Assembly: GCA_000388065.2 (NCBI GenBank)
Contig: KB932205.1
Length of the DNA: 64,000 bases
Direction: 5' to 3' (one strand)
From: Fonticula alba ATCC 38817
Lineage: Eukaryota > Protista > Nucleariida
The translations under genes and the position numbers were made by a program. Positions within the stretch are counted from its first letter, which is position 1, and each line of letters opens with the position of its first letter. This document shows positions 50,098-60,610 of this stretch, piece by piece. The notes below the pieces were generated by a model that searched no databases, was not told where the DNA came from, and worked only from the letters and a program-made list of their open reading frames with translations.

Positions 50098-50526
50098 ACG
50101 CACGCACATACATATGCAGCTCGCCCAAGGGCCATTCCTCATGACATGCCGATATTCCTCTGACGGACCTGCCTCGTGTGACTGACCTTCGACCGCGCTA
50201 CCTCCCTCTCCATTTGGCATCACCCTCGATCGCCGCCGCCCATGCCGCAGTCCATCGCGTCCTTCTTTTCCGGCCTTGTGAATGACCTTCCCACCGCAGA
50301 GGGGCTCCTGGCACACACCGACAACCCGGTCGAGGATGTGGGCAGCGACGCGGACATCCCACTTGAGGACGTCGGCCACTTTGAGCAGTGCGACACGATC
50401 GCCGATGGGTATGTGCCAGCCCAGCGTGATGAGCGTCTGCTCCAGGCGGAGGTCGCCAGCGCTCACACTTGGCAGGATTCCTGGATCACTGGTGACGCGC
50501 TGGACGATGTCGACCACTGCCCCTGA
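48346..50526 (+). CDS. Zn-dependent HDAC-family amidohydrolase most like acetylpolyamine amidohydrolase (APAH), about 579 aa
   Basis: Exons 48346-49104, 49306-50010 and 50251-50526 are in frame. Motifs: IHSPDYI, DAWTPI, YSLARPPGHHA, GGYCYFNNTAVA, ILDIDYHHGNGTQDIFY, VSLHA, ETGAGPGVGFTVNIPL, SLGCD...DP, EGGY. Confidence 0.9.
50031..50084. repeat. (CA)27 microsatellite in deacetylase intron 2
   Basis: Read directly. Confidence 0.95.
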
Positions 50527-51296
50527 GTAGAGGGGGGGAGGCCACAACGAACAAGCAGAGAGAGATGGCTGGGCGGTCGGAACCGGAAAGCCGAAAAAGA
50601 AAAAAAAAGAACAAGCGCCCTTCCCCTCCCGGGGGTGGTGACCGCGCCCAATGCATATTTCTTTCCGCGCTCACACTTGCCCAGCCCTCGGTCTGCGCCG
50701 AGCCAAATACACTGTCCAACTCCACCGCAGGCAGATGTGTGTTCCTCTTGTGGCCAGCGGGGGCGAGGAGAGGGAGGAAGGCCGGGGGAGGGGGGGGCGA
50801 AGTGGCAGCGAACATTATATGTAGCTTTTATATTTGAAAACAAGATGCTAGTATACACTCCTCCGATTGGCGGTCGTGCCAAGCGCTGTATGTTAGGAGG
50901 GAACAGAGGGGGGGGGGGTAAAAAAAAAAGGAAACTGCAAGGTCGAGGGTGAGGGGGATTGGCGTGGAGACGAGAGAAGGGGCCCATGCACATGAGTAGC
51001 ACGGATGATATGTGTACGCGTGTGTGTGTGTGTGTGTCTGTCTGTGCGCATGCTTGCGCACAGCCGGAGAGTGCCACGAGCAAGACAACAAGACAGAGAG
51101 AGAGAGAGAGAGAGGGGGGGCACGGAACAAGAGGGCCCACGCTGGCTGCGTGTCGCCAGAACGTTTACTCTGTGTTTCTTCCTCTCCCTCGCGCACACAC
51201 AGACACACATGCATCCACACAGGCCCACTACCTGCCGGTCTCTCCCGCGCATGTGTCCCACACGGAGACACACACACACACGCACGCGCGCTCCGC

Positions 51297-54200
51297 TTAA
51301 CCGGAGCACATGGTGCAGGACTCCGGGTTCTCCAGCGAGCAGAGAAGCTGCATCTCCTGCTCGCGGGTCAGCGTGGGGTAGGCCTCCTCCTGGCCGGCGG
51401 CGGCCGCATCGGCGGCAGCCTGCATGTCGCTCTCGACGGCGTCGGCATCGGCCGCGGTGGCCAGCGGCGAAACAGCCGGCGGGGTGATGGTGGTGGCGGA
51501 GGAAGTGGCAGACGAATCCTCAGTCAGGCTCATGCGGGCCAGGGTGGCTGCCAGACCGATGGCCGGGGTGGGGAACCCACCGGCCGCGGCCTTGCGCGAC
51601 TCCGGCGAGAGGCTGGCCGGGTCGGCCGCCGGGGCGGCAGCCGTGATGGTGGCAGTGCCACCGCGCATGCGCGGAGTGTTGGTGACGCTGCCGCCCGGGG
51701 TCTTGAGCAGCTGCTGGTCAACCGTGAACTTGATGGCCTCGGCCGCGGGCTTGGTGCGCAGGTAATACATGCCGGTCTTGAGGCCCTTCTTCCAGCCATA
51801 GAAGTGCATGGAAGTCAACCGGCTGGCGGTGGGCTCGCCGATGAAGATGTTCAGGCTCTGGCTCTGATCGATGAAGGCACCCCGGTCGGCGGCCATGTCG
51901 ATGATGGACCGCTGGCTGATCTCCCAGGTGGTCTTGTAGAGGGCCTTCAGGTCATCGGGGATGGAAGGCACCCGCTGGACGGAGCCACCGGCGGCGATGA
52001 TCATCTGCCGGACATTGTCATTCCACACCCCAATGCGAATGAGGTCCTTGATCAGGTGGGGGTTGACCATCTGGAACTCCCCGGACAGCACACGACGGAC
52101 ATAGATGTTGGAGGTGTAGGGCTCGATGCACTCATTGAAGCCGAGGATCTGCGAGGTGGAGGCCGTCGGCATCGGGGCCACCAGGAGCGAGTTACGCAGG
52201 CCATGACGAGCAATGCGCTCCTTCAGGCCGGCCCAATCCCACCGGTCGGAGGGGGTCACACCCCACAGGTCGAACTGGAGCTGGCCGGCCGAAGCCGGGG
52301 ACCCCTCGTACGAGGCATACGGGCCGACGCGCTCGGCCGTCTGGCAGGACGCCTCGACCGCCGCGAAGTAGATGGTCTCGAAGATGGCCTTGTTGAGGGC
52401 ACGCGCCTCCGGGCTCTCGAACGGCATGCGCATCATGATGAACAGATCGGCCAGGCCCTGGACACCGATGCCAATCGGCCGGTGACGGAGGTTGGAGTTC
52501 CGGGCCTCCTCCACCGGGTAGTAGTTGATGTCGATGATGCGATCCAGGTTCCGGGCCACGACCCCGGTGACGGTGCGCAGCTTCTCAAAGTCATACGACA
52601 TGGCCCCGGTCTCCGGGCAGGTGTGGATAAACTGCGGCAGGGCAATGGAGGCCAGGTTGCACACGGCCACCTCGTCGTTGCTGGTGTACTGGACGATCTC
52701 GGTGCAGAGGTTCGAGCACTTGATGGTACCGAGGTTCTTCTGGTTGGACTTCTGGTTGCAGGCATCCTTGTACATGATGAAGGGGGTGCCGGTCTCCACC
52801 TGGGCCTCCATGATCTTGCGCCACAGCAGCTGGGCCTTCATGACCTTGCGGGCACGCCCCTCGGACTCGTAACGCTGGTAGAGGGTCTCGAACTCCTCGC
52901 CATAGCACTCGTGCAGGCCCGGGGCCTCGCGCGGGCAGAACAGCGACCAGTCGCCGCCGGACTCCACGCGCTTCATGAAAAGATCCGGCACCCACAGGGC
53001 AAAGAAGAGGTCACGGGCACGAGTCTCCTCGGCGCCGGTGTTCTTGCGCAGCTCGATGAAGGACTCCACATCCGCGTGCCAGGGCTCCAGGTAGATGGCA
53101 AACGCGCCGGGGCGCTTGTTGCCACCCTGGTCGACGTAACGCGCGGTGGCATTGAACACACGCAGCATCGGGACCAGCCCGTTGGAGTAGCCATTGGTGC
53201 CGGCAATGTAGGACCCGGTGGCGCGGATGTTGTGAACATTGAGGCCGATGCCGCCGGCGGTCTTGGAAATGAGGGCGCACTGGCGCAGGGTGTCGTAAAT
53301 GCCATCAATCGAGTCGTCCTTCATGGTGAGCAGGAAGCAAGACGACAGCTGCGGCCGGGGAGACCCACAGTTGAAGAGGGTCGGCGAGGCATGCGTGAAG
53401 TAGCGCTGGGACATGTACTCGTAGGTCTCCAGGGCGGCGGGGATGTCGCTGCCATGGATGCCGACGGCCACGCGCATGATCATGTACTGCGGGCGCTCGA
53501 CAACCTTGCTGTTGGTCGCGCGCGCCACGGGAGCGACAGGAGCAGGGGGGGGGGAGGGGCGGGGGAGAGGGGGAAATCATGCGTCAGGCTACCAGGCCGG
53601 GAGGGGGGGGCAGGGAGAGAGAGAGAGAGAGAGAGGGAGAGAGAAAGGGAGCGAGGAGGGAGGCATCGTCCTCCCCAAGCAGGCAGGTGCATACCCGTTG
53701 ACGCGCAGGAGGTAGCTGCGCTCGAGGGTCTTGAAGCCGAAGAACTGGTATTCGAAGTCGCGCTCATTGCGAATGGCCGCGTTCAGGACCTCGGCATTGG
53801 CCATGACGGTCTGGTGGAAGGCCTCGGACACGAGGGCCATGGAGCGGCCAGTCTGGGCATCGGTGTAGTTGAAAAGCTTGTCGACAGCCTCGGAGAAAGT
53901 CTGCACGGCGTTGGGCAAGGAGGAAGGTCAGGGGCAAGGTCCGGCACAGGGCCAGGCACAGGCACAGACGCCGGCCGAGGCGGAGGGGGCAGGAGTGTGC
54001 GCGTGTCGGTGGGCGCATGGACGCACGGCCGGGGTCTGCTTGTGCAGGCTGGAGACCGACACACGGGCGGCCAGGAGGGCGAAGTCCGGGTGCTGGGTGG
54101 TCTTGTAGGCGGCGGTCTCGGCAATGAGGCTGTCAATGTCGGCGGTGGCCACGCCCTCATACATGCCGCTCTGCACGCGGATGGCGATCTCCTCCGGGTC

Positions 54201-54302
54201 GACGAAGTTCAGGTCCAGGCCTTGGGAGATGTTCTGGATGCGGGCGATGATCTTCGCCTGGTCAACGGGCACCCGGGTGCCGTTGCGCTTGGTGACCAGC
54301 AT
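51297..54302 (-). CDS. RRM1: Ribonucleoside-diphosphate reductase class Ia large subunit
   Basis: N-terminal ATP cone (MLVTKRNG...), [69 protein letters not shown], and C-terminal ESCTMCSG. Two introns. Confidence 0.97.
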
Positions 54303-57300
54303 GGTGGAGCGCGGAGGAGGAGGGGGGTGGGGGGGGGGTGAACTGCATTGTGCGCGGGTGGCGAGGGGAGCCAGAGGCGAGAGGGGGCTTGTTAGGGAAA
54401 GAAAAAAAAGACAGACCGGTGGGGGTAGATGGAGGGAGAGAGAGGGACAGCAAGAAAAGAAGAACAACAGAGGCAATGTGTGGTGGGGGAAGGTACAGGA
54501 TCTACGGGAGGGGGGGGGGGGGGGGGCGGGCTGGGGGAGGGGCGATCGAGCGGGCGGGTGATGCGAGCGCGATACGTGGTAGGGCAGGTGGATGGAGAGG
54601 AACGAGCGGCCGTTGGCGGGGCCACCAGGGGGGCGGAAAAAACGACTCACCCCCGGACGAGGGTCGACACCGCCCCGACGCGAGGCCAGCCCCGCACGCA
54701 CACACACACACACACACAGACACACATACCCGCGCATACACCCTCTGCCGTCCTGGATTTAGAAGGGTCTGTTTTGGCACCCAAATACCGCGCCGGATCG
54801 GAGATCCTCTGGGCTCCTCGGCCGCTGAACTTTTGTGGAAGTGATTGCGTATTGCCCCCCCCNNNNNNNNNNGGAAGGACAAACATCGGTGCCCCTCCTC
54901 CGCCCGCGTTCAGAGAGGGGCCAGACGGCACGCCGGCCGCGCCCTTGGCGGTGTTCCCCCCCCCCCCTCGCCGGAAAATGCTAAAGAGGGCCCGGTGTGA
55001 AGGACACGCCCATCGCGCACCGGCAGGTGCAGGCCGGCCGAGAGGGGGGGAGGGGAAACGTCCCGGCCTGAATGCGCTGCTCTCTCGTGGCTTCTCTCCA
55101 GCTCGAGGGCTGAGAAAGAGCAGCACTGCCCCCAGGTAAGCACGGCCGGGGCTGGTGGATGTTAGGATGCCGGTGGTGGTGCCACTTGGGCGAATGGCCA
55201 GGATAAGCCCTGGCAGGGGGATTACCTAATTGCACGCACCTTTCAGTGGTATACAATAAAGACGGAACCGTCGCCGGAGAGCGCCCCCGACGAAACTGCG
55301 CTGGGGTCGGGGTCTTGGAGGGAGAGGCAACAGCGAGAGCACGGAACACGCCAAGGCGGGCGAGGCCGGCCTTCCCCCTTCATCCGGACCGACACCGGGA
55401 GGGGGGGGGCAAACGGGCCAACCCCGTGGAGAGAGTGCGCGTGGCTGAGATCTCCGGCGCCCCGCGCCTGGCTCGCTGTCTCGTGCGAATCCCACCGGGC
55501 GCTGGTCCCCCTCCCGTTGGTCTCGGCGCGCCAGCAAGGCGCACAAACGCGCACGAGCCCGGGCCGGCCTGCGCCCCCCCCGACCGGGCGCGGGGGTAGA
55601 GCACCACCCGGCCACCAGCACGCGAATCGGCCCAGCCGCGCCCTCGGGGCGCAGGGGGGAGCACGGGGGAGGGGATTCCAGTTTAAATAATCCCTGGCCG
55701 TTACCGGCGGGGCATCCGGCGCGGGTTGTGCCTATACCCGCTGGGGGGGGAAGTGGGCTGGGGGGGAAAAAACGGTGAATTCGAGAAACATCAGCGGGCG
55801 TGCAGGCGCCTTTTAGGCGGGCGGGCCGCGCGTGCCCGTCCCCCCCTTCCCGCCTCTTCTGCCGGACCCGGGGGGGGGGCGGGGCGTGAGGGCGCGCGAA
55901 ATGGCCACTTCAGAAAAAAAGACCGCCAAAACACCCCCCGAGTGCTGACCCCCCCCCCCCCCGCCCCCCTCCCCTCGGCCAGGCCTAACGGCCGCCAAGA
56001 GCGCACAGGCGCCTTTCAGGCGCGCCAAGCGCCTCTCACTTTCTTTAGGACACACGGGAGGGTCGGCGGGCGTGTGCGACTTCTCGGCGAGGAAGATCGA
56101 TGCGGCCCATGCGCATGTGCCGGGTTCCCCCCCTCCTTTCCGAGGCGGAAGCGAGGCGGGTGGGGGGAAGCAAGTGCACCAGCAAAAATCAGGAAGATGC
56201 AGGGAGCACACCAGAAAAGATGAAGGAAAGCTGGATAGCTGAAAATCTACAATTTAAATATTTAGGCCGCATTCAGATGGCCCGACAAAGAAAGGCACGC
56301 GCTGTCCCCCCCCCCCCCTGCAGCCGTGGCCAACATTGAAAGCGCAGTCAGTGTTCTCCCCACTTCCCAGGGGGCTACCGATACGGGTTGCTACTTTAAG
56401 GCTGCCCCGCGCCGGGGGACAACGGGCAGGAGGCGGCCATAAGCGGGCGGCCTGCCCGTCGGTGTCGCCCAACCGGGCCTGCGAAGAAAGGCAACGGGGC
56501 ACGCAGCGATCTCGGGTGCCCCGCCTCCCTGCCCCCTCCCCCCGGGCAGGTTGCTTTCGGGTAGGGGGTGCGAGGGCCTGCATGGGCCCCGGGCCAGCCC
56601 CGGACCGGCCCCGGCGGGCGGCCCCTGGGGCTGGGGTGCCCATGCTCCGGGCGACCGCGCTTCACCGGGAACGCCGGGGCGAATGTTCGCCCGCCTGTCC
56701 CCTCGCCTCCCGGCAAGGTCCGGCCTCCCTGTCCGGTGGCACATTTCCGCGTATCCGGCCCTCCCTCACCCCGGCCTCGTCCCGGGCGCGAGTGGGACCG
56801 CGGACCTCCGAACAAGCAGGGGCTGTGGGAGGGGGCGGGGGGCGGGGGGCGGGGGGGGGGGCCTGGTACGCCGAAAGATGCGAGGGCTCCCTGTTCTCTT
56901 TTCAGGACGGACTAGGGCGGGAGCATTCTTCCCCTTTCCCGCCCGGGCGTCGGGCCGAGGGAGGCGGCCGCCCGAAGTGGGAATCATATGACAGACGAGG
57001 CCTGACGCACCCGGGCACATGATCCGGCCGCCATCTCCGAACAGGCGCGAGGCTGCCCCAAGACATGCGCCGATGCCGGTGTGAGTCCCCCCCCCTTCGG
57101 CCTGCCAGCGAAGCATGCTCTTCGGTGCGGTTTAGCCCCCCCCCCCTTGAGCGGCCGGGCGAGGGAGGGGGAGCACCGATGCAGCTTCCTGTGTCCACCG
57201 CCCCCCCCCCCCTGTGCGTGCTTACATGTTCCTCCCGCGCAAGGCCCCCCCCTTGTAAGGTGTGTCAACGCTGGGTGATGTCCCCCGCCCCACGTCATGG

Positions 57301-57579
57301 CCGGCTGGCCCGGCGCGGATGCCCTTCTCTCGCGCCGATCTCCGGCCGCCGGGGGACCCGCAGGAATTTACCTCAACCACAATCCCCCCCTTGCTGGCAG
57401 GCCCAGGTGCCCGCCGGCATGCATGCACTAAGCCCAACAGCCACCAGTGCCGCCGCCCAGGCGCCATCCGCTGGTCCACCCCGCATCCGTTCATGCGACG
57501 ATCCCTGTCCCGCAAGCCCACCTGAAACCCTCCACCTCCCGACCACCCCCGTCGTATTTTCTCTTCTTTGTTCCCTCTT

Positions 57580-57614
<35 letters not shown>

Positions 57615-57657
57615 CCCTCTCGCACCCATCTCCCTGCTGGGCTCCTCCTGGGCACAC

Positions 57658-59778
57658 ATGACCTCCGAGTCCCCGACACCTCCGTTGGTTGGATCGCTGC
57701 CACTGGATGCCAACTCGACCAGCCCGACGCAGCCACCGAAGCCCCTCCCTGCCGGTGGGTCCCCCCAGCCGGAGGCTGAGTCTCCCGAGAAGGGTGCTCA
57801 GCATGTTGACTCCAGTGCCGGGCCTCCTTCCGCACACTCTCCCGACTCCGAGGATCTCGATGTCCCGGCAGATCCCGAGGTATCGAGCGACTCCGAGGGC
57901 CAGGACGATGTCATCGCCGGAGGCTGGACGGATGTTCTTTCCAGCGGGGAGCTCCTCTTCCGGTCGGTGGCCATGCTGCGGACTCCGTCCACCGAGGAGA
58001 TCGAGGAGCTGGCCGATATGGATTTGATCGACGAGGACCACCGCCCCCGACCCGGGACCCTGGTGACTGTGGCCTTGCGCCTGAGATTGCTAGATCCGGC
58101 CAGTGCCCCGGGCCCCGGGGTCGCCATGTTGGAGTATCATCCGGAGGGCCTCCCAGAGCAACTGGCCTCGGCTGGCGTCTTCCCCGGGGCTCCATTGCCA
58201 GAGGCCCTCTTCCAAGAGGGCGGCCCCCTTGCGGCAATGGCCCAGTTGCCCGGTTACGGCGGCCCAACGGCCCCGGGCGGGTGGAGCGTGCGCCAGCTCC
58301 TGGCCGGCGAGTCTGAAGCCGTGTCCGGTATGTCTTCCCCCCTGTCTTGGCCAGGTCCTTTTCCTTGTGATCCCCCTCCCCCCCCCCCCTCGCCCCCGCC
58401 CTCTGACCTCCTGTTTGCTCACTCGACCACCTCCGGGCAGCCATCGACATGTGTATTGGCATGCAGGCCATCGGCGAGTATGCCATCGTTCGGGCGAGCC
58501 CGCGTTTCCTCTTCCAGGACAGCCTGCCCGAGGGGTACGTCACGTCATTTGCTCGACCAGCCTGGCCAAGTCCAAACCTGATCGCCCCGAAACTCACCCC
58601 TATTGTACACCAGCCATCCGGTTTACACGCACCCGATGGAGATTGACATCTTCCTGGCCGGCGCCCAGCAGGCCGGCATGCTGTCGCCCGATGCGGCCTT
58701 CACCCTGGAGTATTACCTGGAGGTTTTCCTTGCAAGCCGCGCCCTGGCCGTCGGGCAGTTCTGGATGGATCTAGGCTTCTTGTCAATGGCACAGCGTGCC
58801 TTCACCAAGATCAAGGGGCTGCTGAAGTCAGTTGGCCCGGATGACGAGTGGCCTGACAACCAGGAAGAGTGGATCCACCTGCTGGGTGTATGCCATCGGC
58901 CTTTGCCGAGCCTGAAGGAGCATCTTCGCCTTCTCCGGGGCCTGGAGAGCCTGGGGCTGGCCCTGTCTCTGGCTGGGCAACTCCCAGTCCCGGACCGGGC
59001 CACATGTGATCGAGCTGCCCAGGCCCTGGAGGCTTTGCCCACCCTGCGGTCTGTCTGTCTTGCGCATGGGAAGATCCTCCTGGCCGCTGGCCGGCCGGAT
59101 GCGGTGCTATCCGCTCGGCGCCGGTCCGCCACCATCACCGGCCCCTCTCCGGATGAAGCCCTTCATGCGGCGGTTCGCACGCACTTTCCCCTGCCGGCCC
59201 TGGCTCCGGTAACCGACGATGACTTGGGCAGCCTATATGCCCGTGCCGAAAAGCAGGCCCGTGCCGCCCGCCGGCGCGAAAAGGACCTATATCGTGGCAT
59301 GCTTCAGGGCTTGTCATATGATGAGACCCCCCGGAAGAAGCCTGGGCAGGTTGCAAGCGCCGAGGGGTCCACCGCCAAGGAGTCCACCGCCAAGGAGTCC
59401 ACCGCCAAGGAGTCCACCGCCAAGGAGTCCACCGCCAAGGAGTCCACCGCCGGGAGGCCCGCCACTGAAAAGCTCACTACCGAGAGCCCCCCCTCGGGAA
59501 AGCATGCATCCCAGTCGTCCACAACAGAGGCCCCCAGCATGGAGGAGATGCCCGTTGTTGGCACCGAAGGCAAGGCTACCACCAAGCAGCCCACGGCTGC
59601 CACCTCTGACAGCGATGCATGCTCCTCCGAAGGCCCATCCACCACGGGAGCCGAATCCTCCTCCACCCTCATGGACTCCCGGAAGGCGGCCGAGCCGCAG
59701 CACTTCTGGCGGACTCTGTCAATCAGCCTCCTTGTGGTGGCGGTCCTGATTGCACTGAGCACCCGAGGCTCGGGGTGA
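57658..59778 (+). CDS. FKBP8: FKBP8/FKBP38-like tail-anchored immunophilin: acidic N-terminus, FKBP domain, degenerate TPRs, CaM-binding-like helix, C-terminal TM; about 642 aa
   Basis: Exons 57658-58327, 58441-58534 and 58614-59778 are in frame. WTDVLSSGELL, RPRPGTLVTVAL, AIDMCIGMQAIGEYAIVRASPRFLF, and ARRREKDLYRGML parallel recalled FKBP8 motifs (WLDILGNGLL, RPVKGQVVTVHL, ALDLSVPLMDVGETAMV, ETALYRKML). Terminal hydrophobic stretch LSISLLVVAVLIAL. Confidence 0.75.
59368..59451 (+). repeat. Perfect 15-bp coding tandem repeat (TCCACCGCCAAGGAG) x5 plus a partial copy, encoding (STAKE)5
   Basis: Read directly. Confidence 0.95.
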
Positions 59779-60140
59779 AAAGTGGAAGACGGCCAGTTTG
59801 CCCTTTGGTTTGCCCGGCTTCGGCCCCGGTGACCCCCCTTCTCGTTCCCCCCCTGTGTAATAGACCCATCTCACCCTTTCAATGTGGCCATAAGCAAGAG
59901 TATGTGTATACGAACACATACCGTTCCCTTGTCTCTCTCTCTCTCTCTCTCCCCCTCTCTCCCTCTCTCCCCTCACTCCCTCGCTCCCTCGCTCCCAGTA
60001 GATAGTCTGGGGGGGGGGGGAAATGTGAATTTCTCCTTTATTTGGGGACCACAGACAGCGGGCTTGTCTCTGAGTTGCAAGGGCAGTTGCCCACCTAGAT
60101 GTGTAGAGCCCTGGGTCCTTGTGGCCAGCGAGAGCATGGC

Positions 60141-60573
60141 TCAGTTGCCGATCCACTGGTTGTCACGCTGGATGGAATCCTCCTCGTCGGGAGCCAGATC
60201 GCTGGGAATGTTGAAAGTGAGCCGGAGCTGCTCGGGAGTTTTTCCTGGAGGCAAAGTGTGTCAGCGTTTTGGCAAAGCCACCAGAAAGAGAGGTGGGCAG
60301 GGACCAACAAGAGAAGCACAGAGGGGGAGGGGGACAAAAGAGGAAACCGAGCAGGGAGGCCAGGCAGGACGCAATGCCGGGGTACACACCGGTGATCATG
60401 GTGGCAACAGACTTGGTTGTCAGGTCCAACAGAGCAGGGATGTCGAGGTAGTTGGCGACCTGCAGGAGAGAGTGGAACAGGAGAAACCGGTAAGTTACTG
60501 GCATGGAGGAATGGTGGCGCGGCAGATGGACACCATATCTGGCACAGGTTGGGGAAACCACGAGGAGGGGGAG

Positions 60574-60610
<37 letters not shown>

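Noticed and set aside
51012-54341. 1109-aa + strand ORF
   Set aside because: Antisense shadow of RNR1. Stop-free antisense frames are expected at this GC3. The same applies to the long antisense ORFs over CCT4, CDC20 and the giant protein.
54303-54860. ACGCG/CGCG (MCB- or E2F-like) motifs upstream of RNR1 and MCMBP
   Set aside because: CGCG words are too frequent at this GC content to be informative, and no canonical clustered ACGCGT or TTTSSCGC sites were seen.
55209-55235. CCTGGCAGGGGGATTACC..ATTGCAC, resembling fragments of metazoan U1
   Set aside because: It lacks the ACTTA 5' end, and the spacing between the pieces (2 nt versus about 45 nt) is incompatible with U1. Probably coincidence.
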